Positions 28,524 through 38,195 of a stretch of 64,000 nt of DNA are shown here, in pieces (the stretch's first letter is position 1; each line of letters begins with the position of its first letter). The DNA is from Bacteroidota bacterium (GTDB taxonomy: Bacteria > Bacteroidota > Bacteroidia > UBA7662 > CANHCV01). Under the pieces are notes generated by a model that was given only the letters and a program-made list of their open reading frames with translations, searched no databases and was not told where the DNA came from. The DNA lies in the NCBI GenBank assembly GCA_947459245.1, contig CANHCV010000004.1:12893-76892 (forward strand), written 5' to 3'. The position numbers were made by a program, and so were the translations under genes.

Positions 28524-28913
28524 TCAATAATATTCAACGGGCACAAAAGCGTGTTCAAAATGTTCCAATTCCCATGCTTTTTCAGGATGGGTAATGATGG
28601 AAATTACATCGAAACGAATTTCATCGGGATGGGGAAATTTTCGCAAATAATGCCGTGCAGCTTGGGTGATTTTGCGTTGCTTGAGCGAATTTACGGCCTT
28701 TTCCGGGTGGGCGTTTTTCCAAGGTTTTCTCGATTTTACTTCCGTGAAAACCAAGGTGTTCTGATCTTTGGAAACGAGATCAATTTCGGCAATGGTAGAG
28801 TAATGGAAGTTTTTTTGAAGGATAAGATGTCCTTTTTGCAGTAAATAAAGTTCTGCAAATGCCTCCGCCGAACGTCCTGTTTCGGTAGAGGCGTTTTTTT
28901 CCGTCTTTTTCAT
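28524..28913 (-). CDS. yraN: YraN family PD-(D/E)xK protein
   Basis: G..AE, EIDLV, FTEVKSR and RFDVI motifs. Confidence 0.9.
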   Translation of the reverse strand: MKKTEKNASTETGRSAEAFAELYLLQKGHLILQKNFHYSTIAEIDLVSKDQNTLVFTEVKSRKPWKNAHPEKAVNSLKQRKITQAARHYLRKFPHPDEIRFDVISIITHPEKAWELEHFEHAFVPVEYY

Positions 28914-28939
28914 GGTAACTTTGCACAAAATACAAAAAA

Positions 28940-29470
28940 ATGCTGGCACCCAAAAAACCGAACGATTCGTTCACGGTAATGAACGAAATGATTTTGCCGA
29001 ACGACACCAACGTGTTAAACAATTTGATGGGCGGCCGTTTGTTGCATTTTATGGATATTTGCGCTGCCATCGCCGCCCAGAAACATTCCGGTCGAGTAGT
29101 GGTAACCGCATCGGTCGATTCGGTTTCTTTCAAAGAGCCCGTAAAACTGGGCGACGTTGTTACCCTCGAAGCTTGGGTTACCCGTGCCTTTACTTCTTCC
29201 ATGGAGGTTTTCATTCGGGTGACTTGTGAAAACATCCCAACCCGAAGAAAAGTAAAGTGCAACGAAGCATATTACACGTTTGTTGCCGTGGATCAATTGG
29301 GTACACCCATTGCTGTTCCTCCCATTCAACCCGAAACAGAAGAAGATCAACACCGTTTTGAGGATGCTTTGAAAAGAAGGCAACTTCGCTTGCTGATCGC
29401 CGGGAAAATCAAACCGGAAGATGCACCCGAATTGAAAGAATTGTTTTCTCCAAAAACAGAAAACCTATGA
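28940..29470 (+). CDS. Acyl-CoA thioesterase (hotdog fold)
   Basis: PNDTN..NNLMGG.LL..MD, VVTASVD and FVAVD motifs; TAACTTTG at 28916-28923. Confidence 0.92.
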   Translation: MLAPKKPNDSFTVMNEMILPNDTNVLNNLMGGRLLHFMDICAAIAAQKHSGRVVVTASVDSVSFKEPVKLGDVVTLEAWVTRAFTSSMEVFIRVTCENIPTRRKVKCNEAYYTFVAVDQLGTPIAVPPIQPETEEDQHRFEDALKRRQLRLLIAGKIKPEDAPELKELFSPKTENL

Positions 29471-30330
29471 TGCAATCCATGACCGGATTCGGTTCGGCGA
29501 GCGCCCAAACGAAATTGGGAAAAGTAACGATCGAATTAAGGGCGCTCAATAGCAAACAAATGGATTTAACCATTCGCTTGCCTAAGGAGTTTTCTAATTT
29601 GGAAGCTCACGTTCGGCAAGCCATTTCTGCCAAAAATCAACGTGGAAAAATTACGTGTTTGATTCATCTTGAATCTGATTCAAACGTTGAAGTGAGTCTG
29701 AATAAAGAATTGGCAAACAGTTATTTAAATCAGCTAAAGAGTTTTGCGGATGGGCATTCGTTGAAGGAGGTCGATTACTTAAGCATCATTTCCCGAATGC
29801 CAGAAGTTTTTTCCGGACAACTTTCTTCCGATGAAGAAGATGAAGGAGTGTTCATCTCGGCGGTTCATGAAGCATGTGATTCCTTGAATCAATTTCGTTT
29901 TCAAGAAGGAATGGAAACCCAGAAAGCCATCACAAACAGTGTTCGAGAAATTCAATCCAATTTGCATCAAATTGAAGCATTGGATGCTGAACGCATTGCT
30001 TTGATGAAGGAAAAATTCGAATCCTGGGTGAAAGATCGCTTAACCAAAGCCGCTTTTGACCAGGAGCGATTTGAACAAGAACTGATCTATTACCTTGAAA
30101 AGTTGGATGTTTCTGAAGAAAAACAGCGTTTGAATCAACACTTGAATTTCTTTCAGGAAAACATCAATGAACCGCAAGCTGGACGAAAATTGGGTTTTAT
30201 TGCACAAGAAATGGGGCGCGAAATCAATACCCTGGGTTCCAAGGCAAACCATTTTGGAATTCAACAAAAAGTGGTTGAAATGAAGAATGAACTGGAGAAG
30301 ATTAAAGAACAAGTGCTCAATATTTTATGA
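29467..30330 (+). CDS. yicC: YicC/YloC family endoribonuclease
   Basis: SMTGFG, EE..RL..H and GRKLGFIAQEMGREINTLGSK motifs. Confidence 0.93.
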   Translation: MMQSMTGFGSASAQTKLGKVTIELRALNSKQMDLTIRLPKEFSNLEAHVRQAISAKNQRGKITCLIHLESDSNVEVSLNKELANSYLNQLKSFADGHSLKEVDYLSIISRMPEVFSGQLSSDEEDEGVFISAVHEACDSLNQFRFQEGMETQKAITNSVREIQSNLHQIEALDAERIALMKEKFESWVKDRLTKAAFDQERFEQELIYYLEKLDVSEEKQRLNQHLNFFQENINEPQAGRKLGFIAQEMGREINTLGSKANHFGIQQKVVEMKNELEKIKEQVLNIL

Positions 30331-30890
30331 AAAGAAAAGCCATTATTTTTTCAGCTCCTTCAGGGGCAGGTAAAACAACGCTCGTTCAACATTTAATGCA
30401 ACAACTCCCCGTACTTCAGTTTTCTGTTTCGGCTACAAGCCGTGAAAAACGGGACCACGAGATTCACGGGAAGGATTACTTTTTCCTTTCTCCCGAACAG
30501 TTTCGGGCACACATTCAATCCAACGATTTTTTGGAATGGGAAGAGGTGTATCCCGATCATTATTACGGAACCTTGAAAAGTGAAGTGGATCGAATTTTTG
30601 AAGAAGGAAAAGTAGTGATTTTTGATGTTGATGTGGTTGGCGGATTAAATTTGAAGGAGTATTTTGGATCTGAGGCCTTGGCCGTTTTTGTAAAACCTCC
30701 ATCTGAGCAAGATTTAGAAGCTCGACTGAGATTTAGAAATACCGAAACAGAAGAAAAAATCCAATTGCGTTTGGCGAAAGCGAAACATGAATTGACTTTT
30801 GAAGATCGTTTTGACACCATCATTGTGAATGCCAACTTGGATGAGGCCAAGGAAGAATCGCTAGAAAAAGTTAAACAATTTATTCATTGA
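30327..30890 (+). CDS. gmk: Guanylate kinase
   Basis: APSGAGKTT, SATSR, E.HGKDY and YYGT motifs. Confidence 0.96.
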   Translation: MKRKAIIFSAPSGAGKTTLVQHLMQQLPVLQFSVSATSREKRDHEIHGKDYFFLSPEQFRAHIQSNDFLEWEEVYPDHYYGTLKSEVDRIFEEGKVVIFDVDVVGGLNLKEYFGSEALAVFVKPPSEQDLEARLRFRNTETEEKIQLRLAKAKHELTFEDRFDTIIVNANLDEAKEESLEKVKQFIH

Positions 30891-31837
30891 ATTCCATGAA
30901 TGTACTCATTATTGGATCAGAAGGCCAATTGGGCTCTGAATTGTACGACGCACTTGTACGTAAATACCCAAACGCCAAAGTGGTTTGCTCCGATATTCGA
31001 AATGCTTTTCCCGATAAAGAACGGTCATTTGAAATCCTAGACGCAACCGATGCAAAAACCTTGGATCAAATCCTTGAAAAACATCAAATTACGCAGATTT
31101 ATCATTTGGCTGCCATTTTATCAGCTCGTGGTGAGCAAAATCCCCTTTGGGCATGGGACATCAACATGCGGGGATTGTTGGTGGTGTTGGAAGCTGCGGT
31201 TAAACACAAAATTCATCGCATGTATTGGCCGAGCTCCATCGCCGCATTCGGTCCAAATACGCCTCGGGTTCAAACCCCGCAGCAAGTGGTGATGGATCCC
31301 AATACCGTTTACGGAATGAGCAAACAAGTGGGGGAACTGTGGTGCCGCTACTATTTCGAAAAATACGGATTAGACGTTCGCAGCCTTCGCTACCCGGGCA
31401 TCATCAGTTACAAAACCTTACCCGGTGGTGGTACCACCGATTATGCCATCGATATTTTTCACAAAGCACTGAAAGGAGAGAAATTTTCTTGTTTTCTAGG
31501 TCCAGAAACTCCTCTCCCCATGATGTACATCGATGATGCCATCCGAGCAACTTTGGAATTGATGGAGGCCCCTTCTGAACAAATTAAAGAACGAACCAGC
31601 TACAATCTCGCTGCCATTTCGTTTACTCCCAAACAATTGGGTGAAGCCATTAAAAAAGCTATTCCCGGATTTGAAATGGATTATACTCCCGATTTCCGAC
31701 AAAAAATTGCCGATTCTTGGCCAGGTTCCATCGACGATTCAGAAGCGAGAAAAGATTGGGGATGGAATCATCAATTTGGAATGGATGAATTGGTGAAAGT
31801 TATGTTGGATGGATTGAATTCAGGGTATTTATCATGA
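30887..31837 (+). CDS. SDR-type L-threonine 3-dehydrogenase-like epimerase/dehydratase
   Basis: GSEGQLG, LSARGE, PSSIA, YGMSK, PGGGTTDYA and IADSWP motifs. Confidence 0.85.
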   Translation: MNSMNVLIIGSEGQLGSELYDALVRKYPNAKVVCSDIRNAFPDKERSFEILDATDAKTLDQILEKHQITQIYHLAAILSARGEQNPLWAWDINMRGLLVVLEAAVKHKIHRMYWPSSIAAFGPNTPRVQTPQQVVMDPNTVYGMSKQVGELWCRYYFEKYGLDVRSLRYPGIISYKTLPGGGTTDYAIDIFHKALKGEKFSCFLGPETPLPMMYIDDAIRATLELMEAPSEQIKERTSYNLAAISFTPKQLGEAIKKAIPGFEMDYTPDFRQKIADSWPGSIDDSEARKDWGWNHQFGMDELVKVMLDGLNSGYLS

Positions 31838-32643
31838 TTGGCTCCATCCGAAAAATGCGAACAGTTCATTTCCCAGAAGAGGGTGGAAGAGTGGAGTATT
31901 TTTGGAGAACTACCGAAGGTGAAATTCCGTTGAATGATTTTTTAGGAAGAGAAATTTCCATTGAGCATACGGGTCGTATTTTTTGCAAGAATTGCGGAAA
32001 AAAGACGAATAAGTCGTTTAGTCAGGGATTTTGTTACCCCTGTTTTCAGAATGCCCCCGAGAATGCCGAATGCATTTTGCATCCTGAACTTTGCAGGGGG
32101 CATGAAGGATTGGGGAGAGATCCGGAATGGGAGAAAAATCATCACGTTCAGCCCCATTTTGTGTATTTGGCTTTTGCAACCGAGGTCAAAGTTGGTGTAA
32201 CGCGAACAACACAGGGAATTACCCGGTGGATTGATCAAGGAGCCGAGGCCGTTCAAGTGATAGCCGAGGTTCCTTACCGGCAATTGGCCGGAGAAATTGA
32301 GGTATTTTTGAAGGATTATTTTACCGATAAAACCCATTGGCAGCGCATGTTAACCCATGCAGGTGGCCCCAATATTCAAGCCTTGAAGGAAGGGGTTAAT
32401 CAGGCGGAAACGGTTCTTCCGGAGGTTTATCAAGAGTATTTTCCCATTGAAAATGAAGCATGCATCATTCGTTACCCGCAATTGGTAATTCCTGCAAAGG
32501 TTTCTTCTACCAATTTCGAAAAGGAATTGAAAGTTACTGGAAAATTAATTGGAATAAAGGGGCAATACCTGTTTCTTGAAGGAGGTAAAGTGATGAATGT
32601 TCGAACTATGGAAGGGTATGAAACAGAATTTTTTGAGAAATAA
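31834..32643 (+). CDS. DUF2797 domain protein
   Basis: CKNCGKKT.KSFSQGFCYPC, H.VYLA, KVGVTR, TRWIDQGA and GIKGQYL motifs. Confidence 0.85.
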   Translation: MIGSIRKMRTVHFPEEGGRVEYFWRTTEGEIPLNDFLGREISIEHTGRIFCKNCGKKTNKSFSQGFCYPCFQNAPENAECILHPELCRGHEGLGRDPEWEKNHHVQPHFVYLAFATEVKVGVTRTTQGITRWIDQGAEAVQVIAEVPYRQLAGEIEVFLKDYFTDKTHWQRMLTHAGGPNIQALKEGVNQAETVLPEVYQEYFPIENEACIIRYPQLVIPAKVSSTNFEKELKVTGKLIGIKGQYLFLEGGKVMNVRTMEGYETEFFEK

Positions 32644-32717
32644 TTCGTCAAATTTGAATTAATTATTGCAATTCCGAAATCAGTTTTCTAAATTGCGCAT
32701 CATTAAACCCAAATACA

Positions 32718-33488
32718 ATGAAAAAAATCATGCTATTGTTGGCTGTTGGCGCGTTCGCAGCTAGTTGCTCGAAAGAAGCAAAAGTTACAGAAAACATCAC
32801 TATTCCTCAGTCTCAAAAGACTCTTTTGATTTCTAGAAGCGCTACGTGGTGTGGTCCATGTGGTTCAAGTGGAAAGCCTGTTTTTCGTGCCTTGGAAGCT
32901 ATTGGTGATGACAAAATCGTTTGTCTTGCTTCTCAATCTAGCGATGGTCTAAATTCTCCAGCTGGTGATTTGATTGGTAACAATTTGATGTCACGTTTCC
33001 AACAGAATGGAATTCCTCACATGTTCCAAACAGGAAATGGAAATACCCTCAATTTCTATCCTAACCAATCAACGGCTACCAACAACATGAACACCATTAA
33101 CGCGAAAGCCGCTAATGCAAACGTTTATGTTTCTGCTACCGTAGAAGGATCAACCATCAATATCAAAGCAAAAACCAAATTTTTTGCAACAGGATCAGGT
33201 AACTACCAGTTGGGAGTACTTATTCTAGAAAACGGAATCCAAAAAACTCAATCAGGATCTTCAAATCCTAATCACGATGGTGTTATTCGCGGAAATGCAG
33301 GCTCTTCAGCTTGGGGTGAAGCCATCACAAGCACTGCCATGGATGCAGAGCAAGAGTTTACTTACACTGTGAATGTTGATCCTACTTGGAAAAAAGAAAA
33401 TTTGAAAGTTGCTGCCATCATCTGGAAAAAGAATGGTAACAATTACGATGCTGAAAACGCATCTGCTGTAAAAGTAACTGTAAAATAA
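32718..33488 (+). CDS. Omp28-related lipoprotein with thioredoxin CxxC
   Basis: Lipobox AASC, SATWCGPCG, GIP cis-Pro loop, H..VIR, W..ENL Ig-like tail. Confidence 0.8.
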   Translation: MKKIMLLLAVGAFAASCSKEAKVTENITIPQSQKTLLISRSATWCGPCGSSGKPVFRALEAIGDDKIVCLASQSSDGLNSPAGDLIGNNLMSRFQQNGIPHMFQTGNGNTLNFYPNQSTATNNMNTINAKAANANVYVSATVEGSTINIKAKTKFFATGSGNYQLGVLILENGIQKTQSGSSNPNHDGVIRGNAGSSAWGEAITSTAMDAEQEFTYTVNVDPTWKKENLKVAAIIWKKNGNNYDAENASAVKVTVK

Positions 33489-33507
33489 TAGTTCACTAGA
33501 AACGATT

Positions 33508-33534
33508 AAAAAGCCCCATTTAGGGGCTTTTTTT
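33508..33534 (+). terminator. Intrinsic terminator
   Basis: AAAAAGCCCC-ATTTA-GGGGCTTTTTTT. Confidence 0.8.
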
Positions 33535-33588
33535 ATTTTGCAACTGCAACTCCACTTTTGCGTTTTATTTTTGTAAAAACTGAAAGAC

Positions 33589-34083
33589 ATGTTCAAGGTT
33601 TTCCTTCCCCTTTTTGTGCTATTTTTTTTAGCGATCGGCTGTTCCCACGTGCCCGATAAAGGAATCAACAATACCTGGTTTGCACCCGAATTAACCCAAA
33701 GTGAATTTGGAGATGATGAAAGCCACAATGCAGGGAAAAATTGCATGTCTTGCCACGTGAAGGGCGGCGATCGGGAAGCCGCTAAAGAAGGAATTTGGAG
33801 CATTGCTGGAACCGTTTATCAAACGGGGACCACCAAAATATTGCCCGGTTCAACCCTCGAACTTTTTACCGGACCCAACGGTAGCGGTTCGAAAGTAATT
33901 TCCCTCCCCGTGGATGACGAAGGAAATGCTTATACCAATAAAAACATCCCTCTTGGTACGGGGCTTTTCCCTGTGGTGACCGGCCCAACAGGAAAAAAAG
34001 CATTCATGATGTCCTCCATCGGAAATGGAGCATGCAACTCTTGCCACAACAACGGAACTCCAAAAATTACGGTAGAAAAATAA
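33589..34083 (+). CDS. Putative di-heme c-type cytochrome lipoprotein
   Basis: Lipobox AIGC; CMSCH and CNSCH motifs; TATTTTTG at 33566-33573. Confidence 0.75.
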   Translation: MFKVFLPLFVLFFLAIGCSHVPDKGINNTWFAPELTQSEFGDDESHNAGKNCMSCHVKGGDREAAKEGIWSIAGTVYQTGTTKILPGSTLELFTGPNGSGSKVISLPVDDEGNAYTNKNIPLGTGLFPVVTGPTGKKAFMMSSIGNGACNSCHNNGTPKITVEK

Positions 34084-34084
34084 T

Positions 34085-35041
34085 ATGAACTCAGACGTAG
34101 CTCAAGTAGATCAACTAAAATCCAAATACGCCGAACTTCAAAAAGAAATCGGAAAAGCCATTTACGGACAAGAAGACGTCGTCAATGCGGTAATCACCTC
34201 GGTGCTGTGCAACGGTCACTGCTTATTGGTAGGCGTTCCCGGGTTAGCGAAAACCCTTTTGGTGCAAACCATATCAAAAGTATTGGATTTATCCTTCTCA
34301 CGCATTCAGTTTACTCCAGATTTGATGCCTTCCGACATTACTGGAAACGAGATTTTAGATGAGCAAAAACATTTTAAATTCATCCCTGGACCTTTGTTTT
34401 CCAACTTGGTCTTGGCCGATGAAATTAACCGAACACCACCCAAAACGCAAGCTGCCTTGCTCGAAGCGATGCAGGAACGAAAAGTAACCGTTGCTGGAAA
34501 ATCGTATGCTTTGCCAAGCCCATTTTTTGTTTTGGCGACCCAAAATCCCATCGAGCAAGAAGGAACCTATCCGCTCCCAGAAGCGCAATTGGATCGTTTC
34601 ATGATGAACATCTCCTTGGATTATCCTCATTTTCACGATGAAGTTCGAGTAGTTCGAGATACCACTTCCAATCACAAGGCCGAATTAAAAAATGTTCTCT
34701 CTGCTCAAGAAATTCTTGAATATCAAGAATTGGTTAGAAGAGTACCTATCAACGATTCGGTTTTAGAATACGCTGTTAAATTGGTTCATAAAACCCGACC
34801 CAATGGCGAATTCGCTACCGAAAAGGTAAAGAAATACGTTTCTTGGGGCGCCGGTCCACGTGCAAGTCAGTACTTGGTGCTTGGAGCCAAATGCCATGCC
34901 ATCCTGCACGGAAAATATTCACCCGATATCGAAGATGTACAAGCTGTAGCGGTAAATATTTTGCGCCATCGCGTAGTCATCAATTACAAAGCCGAATCCG
35001 AAGGTCTCACCATCGACCAAATCATCAAGGAACTGTATTAA
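34085..35041 (+). CDS. MoxR family AAA+ ATPase
   Basis: GVPGLAKT, RIQFTPDLMPSD, DEINR and NPIEQEGTYPLPEAQLDRF motifs. Confidence 0.95.
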   Translation: MNSDVAQVDQLKSKYAELQKEIGKAIYGQEDVVNAVITSVLCNGHCLLVGVPGLAKTLLVQTISKVLDLSFSRIQFTPDLMPSDITGNEILDEQKHFKFIPGPLFSNLVLADEINRTPPKTQAALLEAMQERKVTVAGKSYALPSPFFVLATQNPIEQEGTYPLPEAQLDRFMMNISLDYPHFHDEVRVVRDTTSNHKAELKNVLSAQEILEYQELVRRVPINDSVLEYAVKLVHKTRPNGEFATEKVKKYVSWGAGPRASQYLVLGAKCHAILHGKYSPDIEDVQAVAVNILRHRVVINYKAESEGLTIDQIIKELY

Positions 35042-35070
35042 ACACCCCTTTTCATCCTAATCAATAACTT

Positions 35071-37674
35071 GTGGCAAAATCCCCCGGTAAAAGTGGAAAA
35101 ACTCCGCTCATGGAGCAGTACGAGCAAATCAAATCCCAACACCCTGGGACCATTTTGCTGTTTCGCGTCGGTGATTTCTACGAAACCTTTGGTGAGGACG
35201 CCATTCTCGCAGCCGATATTCTTGGGATAGTTCTAACAAAACGGGGAAACGGATCTGCCACCGAGGTTGCTTTAGCCGGCTTCCCGCACCATTCCTTGGA
35301 GGTTTATTTGCCCAAACTCGTTCGTGCGGGCCAACGCGTTGCCGTTTGCGAACAACTCGAAGATCCCAAAGAAACCAAAACCATTGTGAAGCGCGGAGTA
35401 ACAGAATTGGTTACGCCTGGAACCTCACTGTCCGATCATTTACTTCACCACAAGAAAAATAATTACCTCGCGGCACTTTCATTCTGGGAAAACGAAATTG
35501 GATTGGCATTGGCCGATGTTTCTACCGGTGAATTCATGGTTGTTTCTGGAAAACCTTCCAGCATCGAGGCCATCATTCAATCGTACCAACCGGCAGAAAT
35601 CATCTTCCCAAAATCAAAATCTGCCGAACTCGCCCAATTGCAAGCCCATCGGTATTACCACCATCCTCTCGACGATTGGGCTTTTCGAACCGATTTTACC
35701 TACGAACGTTTAACCCGACATTTTCAAACCCAATCCTTGAAAGGGTTTGGAATTGAGGAAGATGTGGCTTCCATCATCGCTTGCGGAATTGTTCTGTATT
35801 ACCTCGAAGAAACCCGGCATCCCAATTTGGCTCACCTCAAAGGGATTTCAAAAATTCATCCCCTCGATTACCTTTTCCTCGATCGTTTTTCCATTCGGAA
35901 TTTGGAATTGATGGAAAACCCTCAATCGGAAGGTCGGTCCTTTGTGGAGGTTTTAGATGCAACAAAAACCCCCATGGGAGCACGAATGTTGCGGAAGTGG
36001 ACCTTGTTTCCATTGAAAGATTTGGAACAAATTCGATTCCGTCATTCCATCGTTTCTTCTTTTATTCAGCATAAAAAATGGTCCAAACAGGTTTCCGAAA
36101 TTCTTCAAGAAATGGGAGATTTGGAACGGCTCATTGGGAAATCGGCAACCGGAAGAATCAATCCTCGGGAATTGGTTCAATTGAAAAGATCGGTTGAATT
36201 ATTGCCAAAGGTTCAAAAATGCCTTTCTGAAATCAACGGAATAGAGGTGAAAACCTTGGCAAATCAACTTACCGATCAATCAGAATTCCTGCATCATTTA
36301 AAAACCTGGTTGAACGAAGATGCTCCGGCTCAGTTGGTTAAAGGTGGAGTTATTTCCAAAGGAATATCGGCTGAATTGGATGAACTGCGAAGTCTTTCCA
36401 ATTCAGGGAAGGATTATTTGATTCAAATTCAACAAAGAGAAATCCAACAAACGGGAATTTCTAGTTTGAAAATTAGCTTTAACAGCGTTTTTGGTTACTA
36501 TTTGGAAGTAACTCATACCCATAAAGACAAAGTGCCTGAAACATGGATCAGGAAACAAACGTTGGTGAACGCAGAACGCTACGTTACCCCTGAATTGAAG
36601 GAATACGAAGAGAAAATTCTTGGGGCTCAATCGAAAATTGAAGTCTTGGAAGCACGTCTATTCCAAGAGTTGGTTCAATTCGTTAATCAGTTCATTCCTG
36701 CCTTGCAGCAAAATGCAAAAGTGATTGCTACCGCAGATGTTTTGTTGGGCTTTGCTCAGCTTTCAGTTGAAAGAAAATACATACAGCCCACTGTAGATGA
36801 GTCGTATGAATTGGAGATCAAAGGTGGGCGTCACCCGGTGATTGAACAATTTTTACCCCACGGCAAAGACTACATTCCCAATGATGTTTTTTTAGATCAT
36901 GAAACCCAACAAATCATGATCATTACTGGGCCAAACATGGCAGGAAAGTCGGCCTTGCTTCGGCAAACCGCATTGATTGTGATGATGGCCCAAATGGGTT
37001 GTTTCGTTCCCGCCACTTCTGCCAAATTGGGCATTGTTGATAAGATTTTTACCCGGGTAGGCGCAAGCGATAATCAAGCTTTCGGCGAGTCAACATTCAT
37101 GGTTGAAATGAATGAAACAGCCGCTATTTTGAACAATATTTCGGCAAGAAGCTTGATCCTTCTCGATGAAATCGGAAGAGGAACCTCCACCTACGATGGA
37201 ATTTCCATTGCTTGGGCCATTGCCGAATTTCTGCATCAACAACCCATTCATCGAGCAAAAACATTGTTTGCAACCCATTACCACGAATTGAATGAAATGG
37301 AAGGGCAGTTCGAACGAATCAAAAATTACAACGTTTCCGTAAAAGAGGTGGGAAATCAAATAGTTTTTGTTCGAAAATTGCAAAGAGGTGGCTCAGAACA
37401 CAGTTTCGGAATTCATGTAGCCAAATTAGCCGGTATTCCCGCCGAAGTCGTTGCGCGTTCCGAAGATATCCTTCGCGATTTAGAAAGCCATCGCAGCCAA
37501 AATGGAAAACGTACGGTTTCAAAAAAATCTTCCGAGTGGCAAATGAACCTCTTTCAAACCTCCGATCCACAGCTGGAAGAAATAAGGAAAGCCCTCGAAC
37601 AAATCGACCCCAATGCCATCACACCGATGGATGCTTTGTTTACCCTGCATCAGTTGAAGCAAATCCTGAAATAG
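35071..37674 (+). CDS. mutS: DNA mismatch repair protein MutS
   Basis: GDFYE, TGPNMAGKS, STFMVEM, DEIGRGT and ATHYHEL motifs. Confidence 0.97.
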   Translation: MAKSPGKSGKTPLMEQYEQIKSQHPGTILLFRVGDFYETFGEDAILAADILGIVLTKRGNGSATEVALAGFPHHSLEVYLPKLVRAGQRVAVCEQLEDPKETKTIVKRGVTELVTPGTSLSDHLLHHKKNNYLAALSFWENEIGLALADVSTGEFMVVSGKPSSIEAIIQSYQPAEIIFPKSKSAELAQLQAHRYYHHPLDDWAFRTDFTYERLTRHFQTQSLKGFGIEEDVASIIACGIVLYYLEETRHPNLAHLKGISKIHPLDYLFLDRFSIRNLELMENPQSEGRSFVEVLDATKTPMGARMLRKWTLFPLKDLEQIRFRHSIVSSFIQHKKWSKQVSEILQEMGDLERLIGKSATGRINPRELVQLKRSVELLPKVQKCLSEINGIEVKTLANQLTDQSEFLHHLKTWLNEDAPAQLVKGGVISKGISAELDELRSLSNSGKDYLIQIQQREIQQTGISSLKISFNSVFGYYLEVTHTHKDKVPETWIRKQTLVNAERYVTPELKEYEEKILGAQSKIEVLEARLFQELVQFVNQFIPALQQNAKVIATADVLLGFAQLSVERKYIQPTVDESYELEIKGGRHPVIEQFLPHGKDYIPNDVFLDHETQQIMIITGPNMAGKSALLRQTALIVMMAQMGCFVPATSAKLGIVDKIFTRVGASDNQAFGESTFMVEMNETAAILNNISARSLILLDEIGRGTSTYDGISIAWAIAEFLHQQPIHRAKTLFATHYHELNEMEGQFERIKNYNVSVKEVGNQIVFVRKLQRGGSEHSFGIHVAKLAGIPAEVVARSEDILRDLESHRSQNGKRTVSKKSSEWQMNLFQTSDPQLEEIRKALEQIDPNAITPMDALFTLHQLKQILK

Positions 37675-37704
37675 TCGTATATTTGTACCTACAACAATAG
37701 GGGC

Positions 37705-38154
37705 ATGCGCATCGAAGAGGAAATCAAACAAAGTCAATTTGAAGATGCTTACCACAAAATGGTGGTAAACGTGATGTTTACAGCCCGATTCATTGAGTTG
37801 AAGTTTGAGCGAATTTTCAAAAAACACGGTCTTACCTCGCAGCAATACAACGTTTTGCGCATCCTTCGCGGACAATTTCCCCAGCCGATTTGCGCAGGTG
37901 ATGTTCTGTCTCGCATGTTGGACCAAAGCAGCAACATCACCCGATTGATGGAAAAACTCTTGCAAAAAGGATTGGTGGAACGAAAAATCAATGAAACCAA
38001 TCGGCGAATGCACGATATTTCCATCACCGAAAAAGGACTTTCCCTTTTAGAAATGATCTCACCCGATTTCAACGAACTGATGTTGGGATACCAGAATATT
38101 TCTTCCGACGAAGCTGAAAACGTAAGCGATCTTCTCGATCAATTTCGAGGATAA
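37705..38154 (+). CDS. MarR family transcriptional regulator
   Basis: QQYNVLRILRG, SNITRL.EKL..KGLVER and NRR motifs; TATATTTG at 37678-37685. Confidence 0.92.
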   Translation: MRIEEEIKQSQFEDAYHKMVVNVMFTARFIELKFERIFKKHGLTSQQYNVLRILRGQFPQPICAGDVLSRMLDQSSNITRLMEKLLQKGLVERKINETNRRMHDISITEKGLSLLEMISPDFNELMLGYQNISSDEAENVSDLLDQFRG

Positions 38155-38195
38155 AACATTTCTAGCTCATTTCGTGTTTCTGAAAGAAAAGAAAC

